Virus record (IMG/VR): IMGVR_UViG_3300021431_000075
Span: 128,001-192,000 of that record
From: a virus
Lineage: Duplodnaviria; Caudoviricetes
Reading direction: 5' to 3' (one strand)
DNA length: 64,000 bases
The translations under genes and the position numbers were made by a program. A model generated the notes under the pieces. The model worked only from the letters and a program-made list of their open reading frames with translations. It made no database searches and was not told the origin of the DNA. Shown piece by piece: positions 1 to 8,716 of the stretch; within the stretch, counting starts at the first letter, position 1, and every line of letters begins with the position of its first letter.

Positions 1-416
1 ACTTTCAAAAACAATTTAAACATCGCCTTCGGATCGAACCGGTGACAATCACCATCATCCCCAACAAGATAGCAATAGTTGTCAACTTCGACACATTCGT
101 AAATCTTTCCGACCGTGAATGAATCAACTTTGCAATAACCTGTATCAAAAGGATTTTCTATGCAACCATATTTGCATCCAACTTCCGGCTTCAACAACCC
201 GGATGACGCACAATCATTCGGCAAGCATCTGACAAACAGTTCATATGCTCCAACAGGAGAAAAATAAACACTCTGTCCGTTGTTTGCAACTATCTTGCAA
301 CCATTTGAACAATAAACAGATTTATAAACACATCCGCGTGTCAAAAGGTCCGGTTCAAGATACGGTCTCCTGATGCAGAAGTATTCTTCTCCGTCTTTTA
401 TAACAAGATTTCCCAT
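1..416 (-). CDS. hypothetical protein, partial (runs off window start)
   Basis: Read manually: ATG at 416, MGNLVIKDGEEYFCIRRP...FTVGKIYECVE..., open to position 1; abuts the stop of 421..840. Confidence 0.7.
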   Translation of the reverse strand, partial: MGNLVIKDGEEYFCIRRPYLEPDLLTRGCVYKSVYCSNGCKIVANNGQSVYFSPVGAYELFVRCLPNDCASSGLLKPEVGCKYGCIENPFDTGYCKVDSFTVGKIYECVEVDNYCYLVGDDGDCHRFDPKAMFKLFLK

Positions 417-420
417 ATCA

Positions 421-840
421 TCAAATAACTTCAAAAATGTTCATCAACTTCTCATATGTATCTTTCGAAATGAGATGCCATGTCTCGCCAACCCATACCC
501 GAGTGCTACTAAACTTGGTAATCTTGTCTATCGGAATTATTTCTCCGTCATTATTCATAATAGATTTGATAGTACCACGCCTTCTTAATTTCTTATTATT
601 GGTTCTCACATTATTCATTGCAGGTTCAAGTCTGAAAAACTTTGCATTATAACTTGCATTTGTCATCGGAAACAGACTTCCATCTTCAGCTTTCAAACAT
701 TTAACACCAATAGAATCTTTCATGCACTCATATGAGCCGCCTTCTTTGAACAATCGTGAAAGAATCTCCGGACTTTTTGTGCATATATATTTGCATCCCT
801 CTTCAAAAACAAGTTCATTTATTTTATCTACAGAGTTCAT
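421..840 (-). CDS. hypothetical protein
   Basis: 139-aa ORF in a tightly coupled minus-strand block. Confidence 0.7.
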   Translation of the reverse strand: MNSVDKINELVFEEGCKYICTKSPEILSRLFKEGGSYECMKDSIGVKCLKAEDGSLFPMTNASYNAKFFRLEPAMNNVRTNNKKLRRRGTIKSIMNNDGEIIPIDKITKFSSTRVWVGETWHLISKDTYEKLMNIFEVI

Positions 841-1256
841 CAGTCAAAAATTTCTATCTTATAGTTATTCACACTAACAATATAAGTTACATTCTCCGTC
901 TCTGTCGTGCGGCACCAGCCAGCATCGACATATCTTTCCTTCTTCTTCGACCAGAAATATCTCTTTCCAGTCTTGATTTGTTTCGGATGCGGCTCATGTT
1001 CCCAACAGTCTTCAAAAACCCGCATAAAGATTGTATTGTCTGTGCAATAGAAGTCATAGACAATCCGTTTTGCTTTAATTGTCAACAACCCGTAATCAGA
1101 CGACTTAACCTCGACATCTTGCAGAAAAACGGAAGTTAAAACACACGCTCTATGTTCTGTCTCGTTGAACAGAACTATCGTATTGTCATTTTTAATGATG
1201 CCGTACTTATAGAAATCGGCAATGACTGAGTTATTGACGTTATTCACCATGACCAT
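840..1256 (-). CDS. hypothetical protein
   Basis: 138-aa ORF whose stop overlaps the next start. Confidence 0.7.
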   Translation of the reverse strand: MVMVNNVNNSVIADFYKYGIIKNDNTIVLFNETEHRACVLTSVFLQDVEVKSSDYGLLTIKAKRIVYDFYCTDNTIFMRVFEDCWEHEPHPKQIKTGKRYFWSKKKERYVDAGWCRTTETENVTYIVSVNNYKIEIFD

Positions 1257-1331
1257 AAGAAATGTATCTACTCTTGAAAATTCAACATCTGCATACTTCG
1301 CTTCGGAAATAGTCCGGTCGTTATCAGGAAG

Positions 1332-1742
1332 TTAAATTACTTCAGATTCTAATGTCTGTTCACACTCCGGTTCAGGAACATCACTTTCGACAGAGTCGTT
1401 ACAAACTACTGCAGCATCGTTCTTGTCATCCATGATAAAATTATCTGGAATTTCCTGCTGAATTACAGAATCATCCCGTGTTGCTTGCAACAAGTCTCCA
1501 TCTTCCGGATTATTCTCAATATCAACCAATGTTCCGAACTCGCACTTGAAACCCTGTTCCTTTAGTGCCAAGTCAACACACTGTGCAGAGACAACCAAAG
1601 TGCTCTGAACAAGTTGCTGTCTAAAATCAGCAACAAACTTATTAAAATCAATTTGTCTTTCGCTTTTCATTGCTTTTGTATTTTTGCTTCTAACCGTTTT
1701 TCCTGTTTCCTTTAGTATCAAACTCTTGATTCTTTCCGTCAT
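1332..1742 (-). CDS. hypothetical protein with acidic C-terminus
   Basis: 136-aa ORF in the same block. Confidence 0.65.
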   Translation of the reverse strand: MTERIKSLILKETGKTVRSKNTKAMKSERQIDFNKFVADFRQQLVQSTLVVSAQCVDLALKEQGFKCEFGTLVDIENNPEDGDLLQATRDDSVIQQEIPDNFIMDDKNDAAVVCNDSVESDVPEPECEQTLESEVI

Positions 1743-1911
1743 AAAGCGTCAAGTTTCCAACATCAACATCATGCCCGCCGTCTTCATAATGCCATTGGAA
1801 AAATGTATGCTCATTATGATTAAGCGGATAAAAGACACTGACATCAACAATCTTGTGCGGTCTCTTGTCACCGTCCAGTCGCATGACTATGTCACCAATC
1901 TTGAAACCCAT
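1690..1911 (-). CDS. small protein with FKIGD SH3-like start
   Basis: MGFKIGDIVMR resembles the first half of the expanded module. Confidence 0.6.
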   Translation of the reverse strand: MGFKIGDIVMRLDGDKRPHKIVDVSVFYPLNHNEHTFFQWHYEDGGHDVDVGNLTLYDGKNQEFDTKGNRKNG

Positions 1912-1944
1912 GATTTAAACTTCTTCAAAGACCTTTTGCAATAA

Positions 1945-2802
1945 CTATGATTGCAAGTTCTTGTTGTTTCCGTCGATTTGTCGATTTTTTATTGCAACGT
2001 CTCTGAGCCATTCTCGAAACTCTCTAACTATAGCATCAATGGGGAAATCTCTCGTGTTTTGATGTTTGTTATAAATTTCAAAGACCTTATCGCATGTCTC
2101 GTCAATGGGAATAGTTATTTCATTACCATCAGAATGACAAATCAACTTCATCCGAGATTCTGCATTGACGGATATATTTGATTTCGGCAATTCTTCTGGA
2201 AAATTACCAGCAATACGCGAAACATCATAAGAATATGCTCCGCTAATCTCATTATGAGCAATGCCAACAATCTTATAAACATCACCGTTGTACTCAATAT
2301 AGTCTCCTTCCTTATATGAAGGCAGTTTTGTTAGTTTCTTGATTTTTGGTTCAAATTCAAAACCAGATTCCATCAACAAATCATCAAGCATTCGCTTATC
2401 TCCGGGAGAAGCCGGGCTTGCTTTCGTTTCATCAAGAATCCAACCGCATTCATATACATTGTCTGTTATCTGAAGATAACCGGACGCATCAATTCCTGCA
2501 AATGCATATACCGAACCGGAAGTAAGTTTGTCGGTATGTGACTTGAATATGACGACAATATCACTGTCATCACCGCCACGTATATAATCTCCGAGTTTTG
2601 CATCTGCAAGAGTCCATAACCGCAAGTCCTTAATCTCATCTGCTGGCACAACATACTGATTGTTTGCAAACTTCTTGAAGTTGCAGCAATTCAAGACTAT
2701 CTTGTCATCGCTTGTTTCACATACGCGTCCGTATCTACCGGTGTCGCCGATACAAACCCAGTCTTTGTAGTTAAATTTTGTTGAATTTTTGTTTGTTTCC
2801 AT
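1945..2802 (-). CDS. modular repeat-family protein (1 W-DA-GD module plus extra SH3-like domain)
   Basis: KFNYKDWV...LWTLADAKLGD...SPASPGDKRML...GFEF. Confidence 0.85.
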   Translation of the reverse strand: METNKNSTKFNYKDWVCIGDTGRYGRVCETSDDKIVLNCCNFKKFANNQYVVPADEIKDLRLWTLADAKLGDYIRGGDDSDIVVIFKSHTDKLTSGSVYAFAGIDASGYLQITDNVYECGWILDETKASPASPGDKRMLDDLLMESGFEFEPKIKKLTKLPSYKEGDYIEYNGDVYKIVGIAHNEISGAYSYDVSRIAGNFPEELPKSNISVNAESRMKLICHSDGNEITIPIDETCDKVFEIYNKHQNTRDFPIDAIVREFREWLRDVAIKNRQIDGNNKNLQS

Positions 2803-2832
2803 AATTCATTGCACATCTTTTTTAATGCATTT

Positions 2833-2841
2833 GCAAATATA
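2833..2841 (-). promoter_or_regulatory. Bacteroidota sigma70-type -7 element (TATATTTGC)
   Basis: Matches the TAnnTTTG consensus about 30 nt upstream of the ATG at 2802; the motif recurs before many operons. Confidence 0.65.
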
Positions 2842-2962
2842 GATAATTATTTGTACCAAGCAAAGAAAAAATAATATTTTTATAATTTTTTAACAATCAA
2901 ATCTAAACTTTTTTCATCTTCCATAGTATACATAATCGCACAATAATTCAAATTCTAACTTT

Positions 2963-3457
2963 ATGGAAGTAATTCAAAGTTTCACAATCGACCACACAAA
3001 CCTGAAACCGGGAATCTATGTTTCAAGACAAGACCGCGGTTTCACCACATTCGACCTGAGAATCACAGAACCGAACAAGGAACCCGCAGTGGCTCCTGCA
3101 GCAATGCACAGTATCGAGCATCTCATGGCGACATGGTTCCGCAACAGCACAGTTAAAGATGATGTTGTCTATGTCGGACCCATGGGATGCCTGACCGGAA
3201 TGTACATCATAATGACAGGGAACTATTCAGTAGAAGATATGCATTCATTGACAATGCAATGTCTTGAATGGATCCTAAAACAAGACAAAGTTCCTGCTAC
3301 GACTCCGCAAACATGCGGAAACTATCTGCTACATGACCTGCCGATGTGCAAATTCGAATGCCAGAGATATCTGAACAGACTGAAAAGCGATTTCCATTCA
3401 GAGTACACAAAACTGGAAATAACTCTTGATGATGGAAAGATGTTCGCAGACGCATAG
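2963..3457 (+). CDS. luxS: S-ribosylhomocysteine lyase (autoinducer-2 synthase)
   Basis: SFTIDH start, FDLR, metal-binding HSIEH (HxxEH), GPMGCLTG with catalytic Cys, and CGNY..H. Confidence 0.95.
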   Translation: MEVIQSFTIDHTNLKPGIYVSRQDRGFTTFDLRITEPNKEPAVAPAAMHSIEHLMATWFRNSTVKDDVVYVGPMGCLTGMYIIMTGNYSVEDMHSLTMQCLEWILKQDKVPATTPQTCGNYLLHDLPMCKFECQRYLNRLKSDFHSEYTKLEITLDDGKMFADA

Positions 3458-3458
3458 A

Positions 3459-3509
3459 AGAGAAAACCGCTTGAATGTCTCATTTGAAGATTTCAAGCGG
3501 TTTTTCTCT
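3459..3509. terminator. bidirectional intrinsic terminator
   Basis: agagaaaaccgcttgaa...ttcaagcggtttttctct inverted repeat between convergent genes. Confidence 0.8.
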
Positions 3510-4528
3510 TATTCGAACTTTCCATTACGAATAATGTGCCAAACGCCGGCTTTTATCCTTTCTCCGTCAACAATCTCTGTCTTAATAGAAACCGGAGCAT
3601 TCTTCGCTTCAGACCATTCAACAAGAGTTATCTTCGACCCGATTGTTGCCTTGACCTTGCAGTGCCTTCCCAAGCAAACGATTTCTGCTCTCTCTCCGGC
3701 AACATTGACTTTTGTGCAACTGCCACTCACTCTAATTCTTGAACTATGACCGGCTACATAAATCATTGACTCATATCCAGTCGCTTCTATGAATGCATTA
3801 TGATCAAAAACTGCAATCTTTGCAAAATTTCCGCTCGAATGTATTTCTGGCTTATATCCGGCACTAATAATCTTTGCATTATCACCCGATGACTTTATTT
3901 TTGAATAGAACCCTGTAGAGCAAACCGTGACAAAACCGCCGCTTGTATTAACTTCCTGCCGTTCGAAGTCCATCACAATCTTTTGATAAGGACCCGTCGA
4001 TTCAACAAAGTCTCTAATGTTACGAAGATATGCAGTTGAAGCAAAACCGGATATATAAGCACTCGCGAAACTTGTTTTAAGAACTATATTAGTCCGTTCC
4101 TTTCCATCATCATTCAATATAGATGAAAACTTTTCTGTAGTTTCGTCATATTCAGAAATAAAAGACGTGGCATTGCTCAAATGTCTCTCATAAATATAAT
4201 TTGCACAACACTTAACAAATTGTTCTACTGTCATCTCTTCAAGAATGTGAATCTTTGATGATGCGGTTTTTATATTTCTTTCATCAACAGACATCATTCC
4301 GCTTTGCTCAACCTTGCAAAATCTTGAAATCTCACAAGATTGATTGATGAAATAGAACAACAAGACATCAAGAGGATTCTCACATGCGTGGAAACCGTAA
4401 TTGCATACCGATGGCTGCTTTCCGTCGGCAGGGAGCTCGTACTCTTTTCCGACTTCGTATTGAAACCCGTTGCATTTCAAGTCTTTGTCAAAACCTTTGA
4501 AAGCGATGACTGTTTTCTGTCCATCCAT
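3509..4528 (-). CDS. phage protein with KGFDKDLKC.GFQYEVG N-domain and beta-solenoid-like repeats
   Basis: AFKGFDKDLKCNGFQYEVGKEY, GFHACENPLDV, repeated SSG..AKI units, C-terminal IVDGERIKA..W. Confidence 0.8.
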   Translation of the reverse strand: MDGQKTVIAFKGFDKDLKCNGFQYEVGKEYELPADGKQPSVCNYGFHACENPLDVLLFYFINQSCEISRFCKVEQSGMMSVDERNIKTASSKIHILEEMTVEQFVKCCANYIYERHLSNATSFISEYDETTEKFSSILNDDGKERTNIVLKTSFASAYISGFASTAYLRNIRDFVESTGPYQKIVMDFERQEVNTSGGFVTVCSTGFYSKIKSSGDNAKIISAGYKPEIHSSGNFAKIAVFDHNAFIEATGYESMIYVAGHSSRIRVSGSCTKVNVAGERAEIVCLGRHCKVKATIGSKITLVEWSEAKNAPVSIKTEIVDGERIKAGVWHIIRNGKFE

Positions 4529-4531
4529 ATG

Positions 4532-4846
4532 TCATTCAGTTTTCTTTATCAAATTGCTCATCTCGCAAACTCTGTCTTGCCATCCTGTTATGATGCTCGG
4601 AGAATGCGTTGTTACAATCAGCTGCATGTTAGGGTTCAACTCTAACATCTCTCTAATTAGGATTTCTTGCCAATCTATGTGCAAATTATATTCCGGCATA
4701 TCCAAAAAGAATATGCACGGCATGCAATTAGTATAGTCTGTTTTCAACAAAAGCAAAAGCAACTCTTTCTCGCCGTATGACAATTCATAATAATTGATTT
4801 TGCGTCCGAATTTTGTGAAAACGAAATCACTTCCAATATTGCTCTC
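4532..4846 (-). pseudogene. 3' half of an IS-interrupted gene; C-terminal part of an ABC/AAA_21-type ATPase
   Basis: Frame open from the IS junction: ESNIGSDFVF...LSYGEK (signature-like)...FLDMPEYNLHIDWQ (Walker B/D-loop-like)...IVTTHSPSII (H-loop). Confidence 0.75.
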
Positions 4847-4884
4847 GTGACGCTCCCAGTCCTAAAGGACCTGGGCTTCGCGGT

Positions 4885-6297
4885 TCAACCTTCGATGGTC
4901 TCGTCAGAGAAGAATAGTTCCCTGACGCCTTCATCAAAGTCCCCGCGCGTGAATTCGGACCCGTCCAGTCCTATCTTTTGAGGCATGTTGAGGTACAGCC
5001 AGACCATATCCTTTGCGGAATGTACATCGCGGTCTCCGTCGTCATGCCCGCAATGCGGGCATACGAACTTCCGGTCGCTTTGCTTTATATCATCATGCAT
5101 CATTCCGCAGTGCGTGCAAAGTTTCGTGGTCGGCACCCATCTGTCTATGACATGGACTTGACTTGAGCAAGCCAGTCTCTTCTTCACAAGTCCAAGAATG
5201 CCGTGCTGCACTTTCCTTCCATGGTTGTTCTGTTGCCATCCGGACAGGTTCTCGTCTTGGATGACCAGAACGTGGCTCTCGTTAAGAACCTTGTTGCAAA
5301 ACTCTATTGCAGCATTCTTCTTGACATTGCACATCTTCTCATACTCGCGCTCGATTTGCACAAGTGTCTTGCACATCCTGTTAGAGTTCTTAATCTTCTT
5401 GCGGTTCTTCTTCTTTCCGTTCCAACCCTTGTCAACCAGCTGACGGTTGAACTTTCTCTGAAGACGCTTCAGACGCTCTGTTTCTTCAATCTGTGCATTA
5501 TACTTGTTGCCGTATGCATCCGTTGCCGTTGTCATGCAGCCCAAGTCAAGCGCGTTTATATTATACTCCGGAAGTTTGTCTTCCGGATTCTCTATGTTCC
5601 TGTTCTTGCTCCAGTTCTTCTTTGATTCCTTGTATGAAAGCCATTGCTCTTTGTCAACATACACTGTCTGCAATATGTAATACGACTCTCCGCGATGCGC
5701 AAGCTTCGCAACAGACATCTCGTACTCCATGCCAATCTTGTCAAGATGTCTGAGCTGACGCATTCCGGCAACCCGTATCTCAGAATCGAATCCCTGAACT
5801 CTGTAGCTGTTCGTGTCGCATACCTGATGTGTCAGACCGTATTGCTTCAGCTCTATGCTCGTGCAATCGGACTTGAACTTCAACCATCCGACCTTGTAAC
5901 CCGCTTTCTTCAGTCTGTTCAGTGTCTTCAGTTCCCGCTTTGTCTGCGTGATGACTGCGTCTCGCATGCTGCTCATCAGGCACTCGACTTCTGTCTCTAT
6001 GACATTTCCGCTCTTGTCGAGATGAGAAACCTTTGTGAATTCTTTCTGAGTGAAGCTTGAAACCTTTCTTGCAGAATCTCCATACTTTTTCTTGTTCATC
6101 TGGTCAATCATCGAGTTCTTGACCCACTTTGCTTCTGTGAAGCAGCATTTCAAGCGATCGAATGTTCCGTTCTTCCTGTTTCGCTTCTCGTTGCGGACCT
6201 TGAACTCGAAAACAAGAGGAACCTGATTCTTGCGCTTTTCAATCGTCGCAAGAATAGACTCTTTGATTCTCTGGTTTTTCTGTTCACGAAACGTCAT
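4885..6297 (-). CDS. tnpB: TnpB RNA-guided endonuclease
   Basis: RuvC-I NALDLG, RuvC-II VIQDENL, Zn finger CTHC...CPHC, RuvC-III DRDVHSA. Confidence 0.9.
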   Translation of the reverse strand: MTFREQKNQRIKESILATIEKRKNQVPLVFEFKVRNEKRNRKNGTFDRLKCCFTEAKWVKNSMIDQMNKKKYGDSARKVSSFTQKEFTKVSHLDKSGNVIETEVECLMSSMRDAVITQTKRELKTLNRLKKAGYKVGWLKFKSDCTSIELKQYGLTHQVCDTNSYRVQGFDSEIRVAGMRQLRHLDKIGMEYEMSVAKLAHRGESYYILQTVYVDKEQWLSYKESKKNWSKNRNIENPEDKLPEYNINALDLGCMTTATDAYGNKYNAQIEETERLKRLQRKFNRQLVDKGWNGKKKNRKKIKNSNRMCKTLVQIEREYEKMCNVKKNAAIEFCNKVLNESHVLVIQDENLSGWQQNNHGRKVQHGILGLVKKRLACSSQVHVIDRWVPTTKLCTHCGMMHDDIKQSDRKFVCPHCGHDDGDRDVHSAKDMVWLYLNMPQKIGLDGSEFTRGDFDEGVRELFFSDETIEG

Positions 6298-6418
6298 ATA
6301 AAAACAAGTATGCTTACTTAAATTATTTATCTAACAGTTTATTTGCTAAAATTCAATTTTCTATTTTTAAACTAAAATACAATTCATAAGTAATTAAAGG
6401 CATTATATATAGATTGTT

Positions 6419-6829
6419 ATGCAAAAGTTCTATGAAACATTCGGTCATACAAAGACAAGAATAAGTTATCATATGATATTCTCTACAAAATACAGAAGAA
6501 AATGCCTTGATGTGATTCGCGATGTAGTTATTGAATCATTCAGGATGGCTGAACAGAAATCAAAGTTAACTATTTACGAAATGGAACTGGACAATGACCA
6601 TATTCATTTTCTCATAAACATTCCGCCAAGCATTTCTGTCTCAGACAGCGTCAGACTATTGAAGCAATATAGCACTTATTATATCTACAAGAACACATAT
6701 GCTACCATTCACTTAAGAAAATTCTACTGGGACACCAAGCGATTGCTATGAACGAGCGGATACTTCTGTTCCACTATTGGGGAAGTGTCTGAAGAAACTC
6801 TCAGGTATTACATAGAGAACCAAGGCTGA
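6419..6829 (+). pseudogene. tnpA: Y1 HUH transposase TnpA with premature TGA
   Basis: YHMIFSTKYRR and HUH motif DHIH; TGA at 6749-6751 occupies the conserved LW position; frame continues TSGYFCSTIG...YYIENQG with the catalytic Tyr beyond the stop. Confidence 0.9.
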
Positions 6830-6886
6830 ATTGTTATGCCGATTCATACGACGAACTTAAAAGTTCGCGTCTTTCTCGGCATTTTT

Positions 6887-7198
6887 GTAATGTACTTCAT
6901 AAAGTCGTTCCAGAACTTGCTACGTTCGTTCAATTCTTTCATCCATATCTGCTGTGCTTCGTTCTGCTGTTGCAGTGTTTGCAGGAAGTGTACGGTCATT
7001 CTCGCTTTTTTTTGCAGTCTGTGAGTCTGGTTGCACGGTCTCAACCTGTTCAAGCAGCCATCCGATGCAATCGTCTATCGTGTTGTCGCCGGCAATCTTC
7101 GTCTGCTTCTGATTGTATTCTCTCTCGACATGTGCATCTGCTGGCTGTTCCGCTTCACGCTTTCTTTTCATGGATTTAAAGAAATTGATAATGTTCAT
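6887..7198 (-). pseudogene. 5' half of the IS-interrupted ATPase-like gene
   Basis: ORF 6920..7198 continues past a TAG (QVLERLYEVHY) to the TTAC target, in frame with 4846..4532. Confidence 0.65.
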
Positions 7199-7200
7199 AG

Positions 7201-7923
7201 TTATACCTCATTGTATTTCGCAATTATCTGCTCACAAATCTCCAGCACCTTACGCACTTTCCCGATGTCGAACCAGTCGTCGGTACGCACGCCGCTCTCC
7301 ATGTCGATCCAGAACTCTCCGTCATGAACATTCTCAAAGAGATAAGTCAACTTGTCTGCTACGTTGTCAGGATTGATGCCTCCTGCATAACCTATCTTAT
7401 GGTTATAGACTGACGAGTAGATGCTGATTGGGCTATCAATACCCAGCCCACCGCTGTCATCTATCAACATCGAAACGAGTCGCGGAGATCCGTCTTCGTC
7501 TCCCCATAGACTACGCTCGAAAAACTCTGTATTGTCAGAGCGCTGCTGGATGATGACCTCTGTTTTTAGGGTTGGCAAACTGGCAAGTCTTTCTGGAGTG
7601 TCCAGTCGATTTGCCACGTTTAATTGCACACGCTGGAACAACTGCATCTCCAACATGGACAAAGTATGTTGATTGACACACTCCCACAACCCATTTGCAG
7701 CATCGCTTGCCATTGAGCCGCATATATGCAGGGCGAGGTTTAGTCCGCGCCCATAGAGATTGGGAAAAAACTGCGGATTAATATAGCGGTTGCCGTTCTC
7801 GTACCAATGGTAACTTGTCAGCACACCGAACTCCGCTATCGGATAGTGCTGCTGAATGTCTTGCAATTCCTGCAAGTCTGTACGAGCATCAACGCCCGTA
7901 AATGTAATATGTCTTAGTCTCAT
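7201..7923 (-). CDS. TIM-barrel protein, phosphoribosylanthranilate-isomerase-like phage family
   Basis: ITFTGVD, EFGVL, DDSGGLG, GYAGGINPDNV, WIDMESGVR motifs. Confidence 0.7.
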   Translation of the reverse strand: MRLRHITFTGVDARTDLQELQDIQQHYPIAEFGVLTSYHWYENGNRYINPQFFPNLYGRGLNLALHICGSMASDAANGLWECVNQHTLSMLEMQLFQRVQLNVANRLDTPERLASLPTLKTEVIIQQRSDNTEFFERSLWGDEDGSPRLVSMLIDDSGGLGIDSPISIYSSVYNHKIGYAGGINPDNVADKLTYLFENVHDGEFWIDMESGVRTDDWFDIGKVRKVLEICEQIIAKYNEV

Positions 7924-7925
7924 TA

Positions 7926-8378
7926 TTAGCCCTCCTTTTCTAAATCATAATCATTATATATGTACGTATCATCCGGCTCGTCGTCGAATCTTATTTCCAC
8001 GTCTATTTTGCCAGTCCGATTGTTGCGGTATGCTCTTTCAACAACTGCCTTACGATTATTCATATCTGTGTCTGATTGGTTCACCAACCTTACCTCATCG
8101 CCCGGCTTGAACGGCATCTCTGGTCCGTTGTAGCCCATCTTCTTCAGATAACCCTGCCACTCGTCATAGGTTACATTATCGAAGCGGGTATCTTCCAACA
8201 CGCAATCGAAAGACTTGACAAAATGCTTATCCTCCAAATTACGCTTCGCTTCTTCTCTTGCTCTTTCGGCACACATTTCGATGTAGTCTTCTTCGCTCAT
8301 GTTGATATGCGTCACAGAATCCACCACCGTAGAGAACCGGCACAGCAGTCCATTAGGTTGTCTTGCAATATAACTCAT
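7926..8378 (-). CDS. hypothetical protein
   Basis: Probable start MSYIARQPNGLLCRFS at 8378, just after the stop of the upstream peptide. Confidence 0.75.
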   Translation of the reverse strand: MSYIARQPNGLLCRFSTVVDSVTHINMSEEDYIEMCAERAREEAKRNLEDKHFVKSFDCVLEDTRFDNVTYDEWQGYLKKMGYNGPEMPFKPGDEVRLVNQSDTDMNNRKAVVERAYRNNRTGKIDVEIRFDDEPDDTYIYNDYDLEKEG

Positions 8379-8380
8379 AG

Positions 8381-8506
8381 TCAGTCCTCCTTGCTCTTTT
8401 TCGATTTTCCTATCCATATCAATGGAGCGTTGAAAATTACGGCGAGATAAATCAAGCCGCCAACCCAGTGCCAAAAATTCCCGAAGAAGAATTCACAATA
8501 TTCCAT
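8381..8506 (-). CDS. 41-aa membrane peptide
   Basis: Read manually: MEYCEFFFGNFWHWVGGLIYLAVIFNAPLIWIGKSKKSKED; fills the gap between coupled genes. Confidence 0.6.
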   Translation of the reverse strand: MEYCEFFFGNFWHWVGGLIYLAVIFNAPLIWIGKSKKSKED

Positions 8507-8509
8507 ACA

Positions 8510-8716
8510 TTATTCCTCCAACTTTTTTATTTTGTCAATAGCGTCTGCCACCTCCAGCCAGCTACGGTTGAACGCCTGTTGCTTGTATCGGATGGCTTCA
8601 CGCTCTATCTCAAACTTATGCTCGTTCATGGATGCTATCTGTCTGAAGCACTCATTTTCATACTCCTGCAACGTCTTGACGAGGTTATTCAAGATAGTTT
8701 CTTCATCTTTGGTCAT
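8510..8716 (-). CDS. hypothetical protein
   Basis: 68-aa helical ORF with ATGA coupling. Confidence 0.7.
   Translation of the reverse strand: MTKDEETILNNLVKTLQEYENECFRQIASMNEHKFEIEREAIRYKQQAFNRSWLEVADAIDKIKKLEE

Larger units (their letters stand above)
4847..6886 (-). mobile_element. IS200/IS605-family element (divergent tnpA and tnpB)
   Basis: Minus strand: TTAC|LE with AAAG guide and hairpin acgcgaact-ttta-agttcgtcgt; RE with GAAG guide and hairpin cccaggtcc-ttta-ggactggg, ending TCAC; removal rejoins an ORF in frame. Confidence 0.9.

Noticed and set aside
4847-6886. IStron (group I intron plus IS) allowing splicing of the interrupted gene
   Set aside because: The element is filled by tnpA, tnpB and short ends, leaving no room for an intron core.
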